Positions 28,207 through 40,400 of a stretch of 64,000 nucleotides of DNA are shown piece by piece; the first letter of the stretch is position 1; the number at the start of each line of letters is the position of its first letter. The translations under genes were made by a program, and so were the position numbers. This stretch comes from Phoronis australis (lineage: Eukaryota; Animalia; Phoronida), in NCBI GenBank assembly GCA_002633005.1, contig NMRA01000441.1, forward strand, positions 318,809 to 382,808, read 5' to 3'. Below the pieces are notes generated by a model. That model did no database searches and was not told the DNA's origin. It saw only the letters and a list, made by a program, of their open reading frames with translations.

Positions 28207-30293
28207 TTTTTTACTCTGCGCGTGCAAGCGTAGAGTACTGTTGTTCCTGGGTTTTCTTCAATTTTATTCTTATTCTTTTTTTCTTCCGACCAACTTTGAC
28301 ACTTATAAACTCCAAAGTGGTTGCAGGTATGCTCTTCAAATTCAACATATGATTTTAGGCAGTATATAAATTTTGATTCATTATATAATGATTTTCCACA
28401 ATGCACCGGCAGAGGTCATTTGGTGCAAAGGTCATGTAATTTTCAAAATGCTACTCCTTTATTTAAAAAGCTATTCTTTTCAAATTCGGTACACATGTAT
28501 AAGTCAATACGGCAATTTAAAAAATTACTTTTCTAAGTAATCAGGTCATTCAATCAGGTTAAACAGGTCAAAGGTCATTAGGTGCAAACAAAGATTTTGA
28601 GCTAGACACTTCAAATTCACAGGTCTGATTGGCACATGTAATTCAATTCGGAATCCAAAGTTTTAGGTCATTTAGTGCAAACATGGGGTCATTAGGTGCA
28701 TTTTTCTTCTGAAAATTTGACCTTTTCATTCACCAAGTATTCTGATGTGTCAGCTGTTAGACTAGTAAGTGTGATTCTCAGCATTAAACACATTGGGCTT
28801 TGCAATAATTCTCAAGATGCTAATAATGCACCGGATAGGGTCAATTAGTGCAAAGGCCATCTAACGTATATATCTCATGTTTTTCAAGGAATTCTTTTCA
28901 ATTTCAACACACTGGGGTAAGTCAGCCTGCCAATTGAACACCCTACTTTACTACGCAATAGGCCTTACTAATCAGAAAAAATAGGTGAAAGGTCATTGAG
29001 TGCAAACTAAAATTTTCAGCTAGACACTTTAAATTCACTAGTCTGATTAGTATGTCTAATTCAATTTGAAATATGAAGTTTCAGGTCATTTAGTGCAACC
29101 ATGGGGTCATTAGGTGCATTTTTATTCTGAAAATTTGACCTTTTCATTCAGCAAGTAGTCTGATGTGTCAACCGTGATTCTCAGCATTAAATATACTTTT
29201 CACGGACATTGCAATAGTTCTACTAAAAGGGCTTGTAATGCAGTGGATAGGGTCAATTAGTGCAAAGGTCATCTACTTTTGAAAATTTTATTTCTACATT
29301 TTTCAAGGAATTCTCTTCAATTCCAGCACATTGATGTAAACCTACATGCCAATGAACTTAGAAATATCTACTTTACTAAGCAATAGGGTCATCCAATCAG
29401 AGAAATAGGTCAAAGGTCATTGAGTGCAAACTAAAATTTTGAGTTAGACACTTCAAATTCCAAGGGCTGATTGGTACGTCTAATTCAATTTGAAATACAA
29501 AGTTTCAGGTCATTTAGTGCAACCATGGGGTCATTAGGTGCATTTTTCTTCAAAAAATTTCAGTCCTTTTCATTCACCAAGTATTCTGATGTGTCGACCG
29601 TTAGACAACTGTGATTCTCAGCATTAAACACACTTTTCACGGGTTTTGAAATAATTATCCTAAAGACGCTTGTAATGCACCGGATAGGGTCAATTAGTGC
29701 AAAGGTCAACTAACGTTCAAAATGTTATATCTACTACATTTTTCAAGGAATTCTTTTCAAGTTCAGCACACTGGTGTAAGTCAACATGCCAATCGAACGC
29801 CCTACTTTACTACGCAATAGGCCCAACCACAATCAGAAAAATAGGTCGAAGGTTATTGAGTGCAAATTAAAATTTTGAGTTAGCGACTTCAAATCTACAT
29901 ATCTGTTCAGTAAATGCGAATGAGTTTGAATTCTAAATTACCGGGTCATTTGGTGCACCCATGGGGTCATTAAGTGCATTTTTCTTCGCAAAGTTTGACC
30001 AATTCATTCATGTTGTATTCTGAAGTGCTTAAAGTAAATATTTGTGATTCTTGTCATTAACCACACTTTTAATCGAGTTTACAATTATTCCCCTTATGGG
30101 GGTCCTAATGCACTGAAAGAGGTCAATTAGTGGAAAGGTCATCGAAATATTAACATATAATTTCTCCTACAATTTTAAAGAATTCCTTTTCATATTGATA
30201 AAGGGGTTGCTGTCACTTCCCATAACAATTCCTTTAATACGCACGCGCAGAGTCCATTATTGTCACGCCCGCCGTGACAATAATCTTTCTAGT
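28207..30293 (+). mobile_element. Helentron-associated non-autonomous element (HINE/DINE-1-like) with internal tandem array
   Basis: 5' T-run plus subterminal IR ACTCTGCGCGTGC (28213-28225), mirrored by GCACGCGCAGAGT (30241-30253). 3' hairpin ATTATTGTCACG-cccgc-CGTGACAATAAT (30256-30284) is followed by CTAG-T. Confidence 0.8.
28400..30190 (+). repeat. Satellite-like tandem array, ~410-437-bp unit, a little over 4 copies, with internal GGTCATTNNGTGCA sub-repeats
   Basis: Anchor AATGCACYGG.AGRGTCAWTTRGTGCAAAGGTCA recurs at ~28400, 28825, 29237, 29674 and 30107. Confidence 0.9.
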
Positions 30294-31039
30294 ATTAAAA
30301 GTTGTTATTACATTCAGCAATGTAACAAATAGAAAAATTAAAATTTTGGCAATTGTGCAAAATAGGTTAAGAATTACGGTGAAAACTGGAACTCTGAACA
30401 CACCTCAAGTCAAAAATTTGCCACGTGATTCTTTCCCTCTTCAGAACTTACAGCTGATCCGAGATAAATATACCAACAAGACTTCTACGAACTATCGTAA
30501 TAATGTTGCTTTTATTTTTCACGAAGTTTGTATTCTCGAAATGCATCCATTGAGCCAGTTACCACACATGAATATGTTTCACCAGGTCATGAATCAATGT
30601 GGGCAAGGAGTTCAAGCTTTGGATAATTGTTGCTTGAGTTTTGAACACTATGCAATATTCACCTAGCCCATTCACGAACCAACTGTTAAAATTAAAAAAA
30701 AGAAAATGTCCTCAAGTTAGGTACCAAAGTCAGGGGAAGACTTACGACTTATAAGATAATGTACAAGAACGCACCACTCGTGCTGAGTACCATGAATTTT
30801 GTGTTTCAGGAGATCCAAAGTGACCTTGTGCAAATCCAGTCGTGTTCCATGAACCATATTACACACAGATTCATTTTAGCCAAATGCAAGAGGTGCAGTT
30901 AAATTTTCAGGAAACGCAGAGAAATAGTAGAATAAAACAGCTTCAATCTATCGACTACAGTTGTCTAATATTCAGGTTCATAATCAGTGCCGGATTTATA
31001 ATGTGGGTGCAATTGCCCCCCCCCCCCTTTACAGAGGGC

Positions 31040-31950
31040 TCCTTTGTTTATACTTAAAACATCACTTTGCTATCAGAACTACGAGATTTATTTGTTACAT
31101 TCGGTATTTCCAAATAGATTATCATGGCTGTTTAAATTAGTAATGCTAAGGAAATCCGATCACAAAATTTCCTCCACAACATTTCACAAATAAATGTATC
31201 ATAGACTCTATGTTCAGAGCAAATTGTACACAAGTCATTTTCTTGAACTTTAATTAACGTTAAAAAGACATTTGTTGTTATAAGACTGCGTACAATTTTG
31301 TACTGGAAATACCTTAAATATGAACCTAACGTTAAAACATAAGGTAATCGATAAATTTTGGACCAATGAAAGTCATGAAGAGCAGTAAGGTTTAAATATC
31401 TAACCCACTTCTGCAGGGCCCTGTCCACATGCCTATTTGGGGCTTCCAAATTTCTGATAAATGTCTACCTATAGTTTGAGCACTCCGTTTTAGCACTGAC
31501 AATATGCAACAGTGGAGTCAAAACTGTTGGAAATTTTTGTTTTATATATTCAGATTGGAAAAGAATATCCAACCCGGCAAATTTGTCGGACTGACTTCAC
31601 AAACCTGTAATGGTCCAAAACGTACCCTTTATACCAAATTTTCTTTTTAATGGTTGTAAATAGTCGTTTGTTTCATCATCATTTAGCAAATCTCTCATCT
31701 TTCTTGAATCTTTTTTATAACACTGTCGAATAAAGTCAAGTTTTATGTTTGTGTTAAACCATAGGGGCTCATGCAGTGATACTATAATCTGTGTCTGGAA
31801 CGTGACACGTTACAAATTTCTTCCATGCTTACTAGAGCTAATGTTTTAATAATTGTGTCAAAGCCCAATAACTCCCCAAGTTCTGAGCAAATTTTTAATT
31901 TCACCCATCTACTTGTTATCTCATTGGTCAGTTAGTTCTCTTTTACGTCA
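31040..31950 (-). mobile_element. L1/Tx1-like non-LTR retrotransposon 3' fragment (degenerate ORF2 zinc-binding region)
   Basis: ORF 31132-31449 (-): WSKIYRLPYVLTLGSYLRYFQYKIVRSLITTNVFLTLIKVQENDLCTICSE resembles the zf-RVT region C-terminal to LINE RTs. Confidence 0.72.
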
Positions 31951-32599
31951 GTGAGCGTGGCCTACGGCAGCTCATTCAACTATTTCCTTGATTCTCTCCA
32001 GACGTGATGTGTTTTCATCTTCAATAAATTTTCCCACTCCCCATCCCATGGGTTATTGTTTGACAATTTCAAATGAAGTTCATCCATTTTCTGTTACGCC
32101 CTGCATGCGTTTTCTCATCACTCCTTTGTTGTTATTGCATGCTACTCTGAACACTTCTATGTACGAGCCTTATACCCATCTTCCAGATTTTTCTTTTGTG
32201 TTTTGGCTTGATGGCGCCGTCACGGATTGAAGTGAGCTAGTCGTTATTCATGGTCTTGGCTGAACGTGTTTGATGAGATAAATGCAGTCGCAAACCAACA
32301 CGCCTGTTTAGCCAACAACGAACAATAAGTGACTTTTTAAAATTGAAAAGTAAATTGTAGCCGTCCTTGAATTTTCAAAATCGATACATTAAAAGATAAA
32401 TTAGTGAATATAAGTTGTCTTCAGAATCGCTGTTACGCCACGAGAATCTGTTCAGGACGGGTTAGTCACAGTCAGGCTTAGGCTCGCTTGTAAGCGTTGG
32501 GGTAACAAAACCCGGAAGGTTAGCAAACTAACATATACATTTGTAGACGAGATTGGAACATTCCATACGTTGATTGCGGTAGTTTCGTGGAATCGAATC

Positions 32600-33260
32600 T
32601 GTACACAACCATTCCAGCCGAAGAAACAATTGTTAATTGGCCCATATTAGCAGAGATTTTCACGATTAACTGAATCCACTGCACTTTCAACCTCTCCGCC
32701 TAACGTCCCACCAACTTTCTACAGTCGGTATGCTGAGGACACGTTTGCTGCTTCTGACAAAAAAGAAATATGTGACCTTTTCCGCCTTGAGTTCATCAAC
32801 CACATTCATCTCAATGTATCGTTGAATAAGAAATAATTTTATACTTCCTTTCTTGATGTGTTGGTTTCCGGACTGGAGGACAGTTTTAGTGTGATTTCCG
32901 TTTATCGTAAACCAACTTTTCTCAAGTCTGTACAATGAATGAGATCAGTCTTGAAATTGTTCAATCTAGTCAAATATCTCCTGCACAGAGCGTGACGCAA
33001 TTCACTGCGATGACCGTTTACTTTACGGGGGATGTACCTTAATAAAAAACCTACTCACGTTATTTCCTGGATTCTTGTCAACAAATTTTTACTTAACTAA
33101 TTTGTATGCTCCTGCTAATAACATATGCCAACAGCTGTTCATGAGTGCATAAACCACCGTTGTTTTCAAAGGCCAGTCCAGCTACAGTGTCTCAAACCAC
33201 AAATACACCGCCTCGTTAGTAGAACTGAAATCAAGACACCTGCGTTTTGAAGACGGGCAA
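32600..33260 (+). mobile_element. Penelope-like RT relic
   Basis: Plus-strand degenerate peptides PTFYSRYAEDTFAA (decayed Y-x-D-D) and LPFLDVLVSG...SVYRKPTF, characteristic of PLE RTs. Confidence 0.7.
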
Positions 33261-34050
33261 ACTCTTCCAAACTGTTCAAACTTATATGTAAATCTATTTT
33301 TTTTAATACTAGCCAGCCCTGATTGCAAACAAGACTATCCGCAGAGTCGCTTATAGTTAGAACACAAAACCTCCAACAGCGCTGTTCTTCGTCGACTCTA
33401 CCATCCACCATGAAATTGATTTTGATTAAAACACGTATATTATGTGGCAACAATAGACCCTGAACCTTAAAAAGCGTACAGCTACACGTCCTCTATTCTA
33501 AAGCCTCGCTTTTTGAATAACAATGAGTACCAAGTTACAACCCTGGTCTTGACTCCCGCCAATCTTCTGTGTCCTGTACCCTTGTCATTTTGTGACTATC
33601 ATTCTAGTGTTTGGTCATTCTGCAGTGTTCACCTTCTAGGTGCGCACTAGCTTTTCCACTGTCGATGTTTTGAGCAAATGAACGAAATGTCTGGACCTTG
33701 AATGTAATATAATAGAGCTGTAAATATGACAGGCCACCGCAAACGTGACCAATCAATGGACTACTTGACGACAGTGTCAAGAATGAAGCTACGAGCAGGT
33801 ATCGTCCATGTTCGACAGTGAGAGAATGAACTACTGGAACCGTGTTCGAAGTGCCAGGTTTCAAGAGAATGAAACCAATGGCAATGCACGTACCCAATTT
33901 CAAAACCTATAGTAGTGGTCTTTTTATGATTTCAATAATGAAAAATATCCATTATTTGGAATCATGAAGGGAACACTGACTATTTATATTTAGCTTGATG
34001 AATCAGAAATAAGGAAATTAACCTCTTTCTAAAGCTGTACAAACATGAAC

Positions 34051-34106
34051 AAAAGAGAATAAACAACTACTAGGCTTCGAAGCCTAGTAGTTGTTTATTC
34101 TCTTTT
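34051..34106. repeat. Perfect 56-bp palindrome, no spacer
   Basis: AAAAGAGAATAAACAACTACTAGGCTTC|GAAGCCTAGTAGTTGTTTATTCTCTTTT: 28-bp arms are exact reverse complements. Confidence 0.95.
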
Positions 34107-34295
34107 CAGGTAAGGAAAAGATTCCAATCAAATCTTGCAAGAAATATTATTGTTTTGTATTTAAAGCACGAAAAATACAATAAAGAATAACAGGCATTAA
34201 GGAATAAATGCCTCCACTGCCAACAAGAACAAAACTAGAAAAGTATCAGCGCACATTCAGTTGACTTTTAAGAGCAACGGCGTTTTAAAGTAAAA

Positions 34296-34427
34296 ATGGA
34301 AGAACGACACAAGAAATTGCTTTACTCTGTGGTGAGACAACTGAACGACGTGACCATAGAGGATTTATTCCTCAGCAGTCTACTAGCGAAAGATGCTATC
34401 ACAGTGGCTATGTATCAAAGAGTTATG
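34296..34427 (+). CDS. Exon 1 of CARD-coiled-coil-ZnF gene (first half of CARD)
   Basis: AAAATGG start context; MEERHKKLLYSVVRQLNDVTIEDLFLSSLLAKDAITVAMYQRVM then GTACGT donor. Fits the usual CARD start pattern (M-x-x-x-H-x-x-x-L...L...L-x-x-L-x-x-x-x-x-I-T). Confidence 0.75.
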
Positions 34428-37400
34428 GTACGTTGTGAGTTCTAGCAGTCGTGAAATTTAACTGAAAAAACACGTTTGTAAATAGTTGAGAATTTTTGAT
34501 ATAACATTCAGTTTTATAACTGCAGAGTTATTTGTTTTGTGTCTACTTCTGTTTTTATACATAGTTGCGCCGTATCAAAACTGGCGATTTATCAGCCTAG
34601 GCAAGATTTAAATTCCTGTCAGTGATGGCTCACTTGAAAAGCTAATTTAAATGATGATTGCTGTTTTATTTGTCTACAGTTCATTCACCTAGAAGTTATA
34701 ATCTTGAATATAGACTAGACAGTAAAGAACGTCACTTTTGCGTTAGAATGACAAAATTGTCAATCAATTTTAAAGATTTCCAGTGGTGGGTATGATGTCA
34801 TTACAGCCGCGGGTTCTGTCGCTCAGTAACTTTTCCAGAAGTGAGGGGAGCTGAACGTGCGATAACATCTGGCCCTTTTGGTAACTGCCCAGCTCAGTCA
34901 TTGTCCCGTATGATAACTAGCAGGCCAATTATCTCCCAGGCTTCCATGGAAACGAATGGTGGTTTACCGAACGGGTATGAACACAGTCAAACCCAGTGCG
35001 TTGGTAATCCGTTTGGACAGAATAGATTGTCTTAACTTCTGTTGTAGTTGGGCGATTTAGGCGATTCAAAAACGGAACATGATCAGCATTTGACGAGGAA
35101 TTTAGAAATCGTGCTATTGGTTTATGTTCAAACATGATATAACTTAACTTTCATTTTTAACAGCACAGCCCAGTCAGGCTAGATACCATCTTAGATTAGA
35201 GCAATTATCGAACAAAAGAGTGCAGGCCCTTCAACCATAAATGCCAGTATGGAGTTAATCAGTCGTGTAAGATATTGGCTACGGGGGGTAAACTTCCCAA
35301 CTTGTTCATGTTGGGATATATAGAATCGAACAATTAAGTTGGGAGCAACGGGATGTCGCCGTCATGTTCTGTTCATTAGAAACTCGGCCCGTTTTACAGC
35401 CCCTTGCATTTCGTCAATAGATTTGTAGAAGAACCGCTGTCGTCAGGAAATCTGTTTATCTGGAACGCTGCTTGGAATACAGCCGCAATTACTGTATTTG
35501 CGACTTCAAAAACACGTCTGTGGCCAAACTAAATTAAAAATGTGGACTAAAACGGGTGTTTTTTTCGAGCTGCTTGTATTCTGAAATTAAACTTTCATAT
35601 GGACCTATGTTAAGGCCTTTTATCCGGAGCGATAAGGCAACCGTACCCGTTGATGAAAGTAGTTCCATTATGTTACTACTAGGCCTACTGTTACTACTTC
35701 TGCTACTGGCACTGCTATTGCGACTGCTACTAAACATACAAAAGCTACTTTTATCCCACGATCTTCTCAAGAACCACCCTACCCCCACAGAATTCGTTTC
35801 AACAGGTACACACGTCTTCGTTTCGTTAAGTGCAATCGCATTTTTATTCGGTAACCGACCTATTTTAGTTTAACCTAGGACCAGTATGTATATTACTCCC
35901 ATTTTAACCTGGTTCCCGGGCCTCACACTCTGACGTCACGGATAGCGTATGAAGGTCCTCGCTGGTTCCCTGCGTGTCGGCTCGCCGTAGCAGACCAATC
36001 TAGAAGGTCTGTGCAGGAGTCAAATTTTAGTTAGAACGATTTTTGGTCGTGGCGCTTGAAGCTTTATCGGGTGTTTTGTGCGACTGAGCGTCATAAAATT
36101 GGATGCCTATCTACGTGGCAACGTGAACTATTGTATTCGCAACACCGTTTACACCATTAATGCCGTTTACATTACAAAAGTTGACACTATTTTTGGAGAA
36201 GACTGCGCTTTTAAATTATTAGCGCAGGGTTTTGAAATGATTTTTGAAAAAAAATGTAGATTTATAAAGAATGAATGAAAAAAAATTAATTTTAAGTCAA
36301 TGTTTACTAGATATTGTGGTCTGAGAAATTGTAGAAGCACACTTTGCAAGTAATTTATCTTTAAATGTTAATACTGCGTCAACAGTCATTCTTTTTTGGG
36401 AGAGGATTTGGCGAACTGTCAACTATTGCAAGCCCCAAGCTTTGCCGTTTTTTGTTAAAGTTAACCTTTGATCACGCCTGCTGATCCCTGGTGTCACAGA
36501 ATAGCCCATCAGTGCAGTTTGAGGGACGGTCAGACTGTGGTCTTGGTGTCGTGGCTGGTATGGTAAACTTTACTGAAACATGATCAGTGGCGTAGAAAGT
36601 GGGGTTTGGGAAGGGCAGCTGCTCCCGGACAGCAGCAGAAGGAGGGCAGCTGAAAGGGCCCCAAATGGGCGCCCGCCGGGGGCACCAAACAGTAGAAACC
36701 GGAGGTGGGGGTGCCAAATAGACATCGGGAGGTAGCTGTATAGGAAGTAAACGGATTTCGACTAAGGGCGAGGGGCGGTCACACAGCTACACAATCGGGG
36801 TGCATCAAGGAGCGTTTGTCTCAATCAGGGTGCCGAGGAGGTGTTGACAGGCGGGGGGCGCATGTTTGAGCGTCAATTGGATTCCGAATTGCACAACCTC
36901 GATTGCATTGTAAGATCGCTTCACGGGTTAGCGCAAGTACTGCATATTTGAGTTGTGGATCACGAAACTTATGTGTCCGTGATGTCTAGCTGTGTTTTCT
37001 TCATGTTCAGTAGTTATTTTGAGTTCGAAGTTACTACAAATCAGCGAAACAACGAAGGGATTTTTTACTTCGGAATTTATTGGAAAAGAGGTTCACATAA
37101 GCGTTATCAATATCTACTGTGGCAATATCGAATCCAACTTATAAAAAATTGTCCGATATTCTAGAAAAGCAAAGCACTGATCTTACAATTATTTACGGGA
37201 CTGGAATCTAGTTCAACACTTTTACTTGGATTTCTAAAATCATGTCTCATAAAACAACTGGAATGTCAGTAAGGTAGTGGAATATGTTAAGTCCTGGTTT
37301 ACATTTGTGGATACCTGAATTCCTCACCCCTAAACAACAAATTACGCATGGGGACGGTTTTACCCGGTTAAAAATATTAGACTTTTGCCTAATTTCTGAA

Positions 37401-40400
37401 GAGCTGGCCAATCTCTCACAATTTTCTCGCTTAGGAAGTGGGTAGGCCTACAGAACTACGGTGTCCCAAAGATGACATCGCGCGTTAATTCTTTTTTAAT
37501 TGGATCTTGAGATCCCGACTTAATTATGTCAGGATTTCGAGATCGCGACTTAATTATTTCGGGTTCTCGATTCTATAACATACTCTGTTTTCAAATGCTT
37601 ACTGGTCTAAACTAACAAATCGGGGTTTCCAGAACGAATGATCGAAGTAGTTTGAATAAGAACTAAAATTGAATGCATGCTCACGGGCGTCGAGAGAGGT
37701 TGTAAAAGATAGCTCACAGCCCCGGTTCACGTGGCACTTAAGGAGACCAGTCGGTGCAGGAAAAAAAAAAACGGCAGACAACAAAAACAAAGGCTCCAGA
37801 GTTTCGGGTTGGTCGGCCTCAGTTGGACAAGGGCCACAACTCAGAAGCCCACTAGGAGACCCCAAAAATTTGGAGGAGAAACTTGCTACGTACATGTAAT
37901 TGCATGTGACTGTTGACAGTTGGTAAACGAAGAGACGATGTAAATCAGTAACGTTGTGTATTGTACAACTGGGCTGCAGGCATTTTGTACAAGAAAATAA
38001 ATGTTCTAAAGGTAGACTTATTTTTAAGTGGCATCCTTGCCGAAAAATAGCTGAGTAGCCAACCACCCGAGCAAAACTGTAACATTAAAGCTGGTGGTTC
38101 CTACTTATAGTGTACTCCAAGAATGATTTTACACAAGTGCACCTTTTCAATCGTACTCCTTAAAACCTCCCAATTGTGTGCCATAACATTGTGATGGACA
38201 TTTCATTTTATCAAATAATTCAAATGACAGTTGCACTGGGGAAAATTCTACATTTTACATTATAAGATAGACGGCTCAATTTTCAAGTTTGTAAAAGCAC
38301 ATGCCATCCTTTCTGGAGTGAAACCGGGTATAACGCTTATAGTCTCAACCGAGAAAAATAAGGGACAATATTAATAAAAACAACGAGATTTTTCAACCTC
38401 AACATGTTTCGATGTCTCATACATCAACATCAAGACAAGATATCAAGGCAATCTACAATCTTGACCCACGCAGCTTACAGCAGAGCTATCAGGACGCATC
38501 ATAGCAACAAAACATCAATGACAACGCTTAATTTTAGAAATTCCTTCTGTCAACAGTCCAGATAACATTGTCTGATGAAAGGACACATTTTAGATTGATG
38601 ACGCCACAACAGATTTACGTGTCTGGTGTTAATAAGATGCAGTACTACTGGTTTTGCTCGCTGAAAAACACAAATCGAATTAGGCCTCTTAAAATCGGTC
38701 TCACATGATAGGCCTTGCTTCCTCTGTTACCAAGAATATTCCAGTTTGGATAGAGATGAAAGCGTAAGAGATCTTTTCAACCTAGGGTTGTTACAAAAAA
38801 CATGCTCAGGTATCGCTTTGGTATCAGCGTTAGGCACCTTCGACGTTTGTTGTCGAGACTAAGACTCGTGCGTCATAACAATAGTGTATAGTAAACTCCT
38901 TGGTAACACTTATTCAGACATTGATGATGGGATTGGTTTCGCAAACCGACAAATATCGATGCTAGAGCAGGAATATGGTTATAGATTCATGCACCGCAAA
39001 TGTTTCAGATGGTGTGGCAATGCGACGCACCAGAAGACTGTTTTACGTACAGCGACGTGAATCCTGAGATCAATTAAGTCGGAATCTCAATACCTTGAGA
39101 TAATTAAAAAGGAGTCCGGAACCCTGCTTAGCAGGTTGTTATAGCCCAGTTGGCTGTTTGGTGTACCCACTCGGTACTTTAGATGATATTTGCCCATTTG
39201 GCAGTTTGTACCCACTTGGTACTTGTTATTGAATTTGCCGTTTTGCTCGACTCAGTTGGTAGGCCAGCGGCCAATACCCATTTGGTATTATGTACCCATT
39301 TGGTACTACGCTAACCTGTGCCACTTAGCATCCGATACTCAGTTGTACTTTGGGTATCGGAAATGTGTGTGTGTTATCTCTTGTAATTAAGGAACACATC
39401 TGGTTCCTTCTGTGAAATAGTTATTTGTAGAGCTGTGACCCTGAAATTCCCAATACAACTTAAAATATACATTATTCTTGGTGTTTTATTTGTCCCCAAT
39501 AATTAAAAAGGAAACGCACGATGTCATCTTTTGGCTACCGTACAGAACTGTCTATTGGAATTAGAATGACAGACCTTTCCAGAGGTAGGGGTCTCCCAGG
39601 CGCTTTAGCAACTCATACTTGCATTACACAAAATTCACCACCCTAATTAAAGTTGTAATATTCGAGGTCATCTCAGAATTACTGTAATTAAGGTTCTCTT
39701 GTTACTTAAGCTGGCTCAATTGCTCCATGTTTTTCTATCGCCATCCAGACAATTTAATTAAAGGTCTTGAACTTATGTCCTTAAGGTTTATTTGGCGCGG
39801 CAAAAATGGTGGGATAAAGAGAACTAAAATGATACAAAGCTTTTCACCGGGAGATTGTACATGTAAAATGATTAACATTGAATATTATATCAACTTTTAA
39901 ACTATTTTGGTTCCATAGACTTATTTCAACCAGTGATGTTCATTGTGTTTATAACTTTTCGCATTTTGGAGGTGCTCCTCACGATTTGTGCTCAGATAAA
40001 AAGCCTAATTTATTTCGGTGCGGTGCTTGCTACTCCGCCCAAATTCAAAACACTAAGAATGATAAAGATTTTCAATGTATAACAACAGTCTTTTATAAAT
40101 ATAATGGGTGGTATAAATATAGATTATTACATGGCGCAGTCGTTATCCCCCGTTATCTAGAGCCCGAGTGGATTTTGGAGAATTATCGCCCGAGGGGCGT
40201 TAGCCCCGAGGGTGATAATTCTCCAAAATCCACGAGGGCTCTAGATAAGGGGGATAACGGCTGAGAACATGTACTAATCTATTTATACCACATACTAAAC
40301 GAGAAACGTTGCAATGAATCGATTTACCTTTTCTGACTCTCCACGGCTTTGTAACTACTTTCTATGTCAGAGGCCCGGGGTCGGAGGTCGTGACCTTTTA

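Noticed and set aside
28400-30190. Interspaced GGTCATTNNGTGCA motifs as a CRISPR-like array
   Set aside because: The 'spacers' themselves repeat every ~430 bp; this is a higher-order tandem repeat and no cas-like ORFs are present.
35534-35873. Poly-Leu / poly-Ser ORFs as membrane or secreted proteins
   Set aside because: Products of a trinucleotide repeat; no splice or domain evidence.
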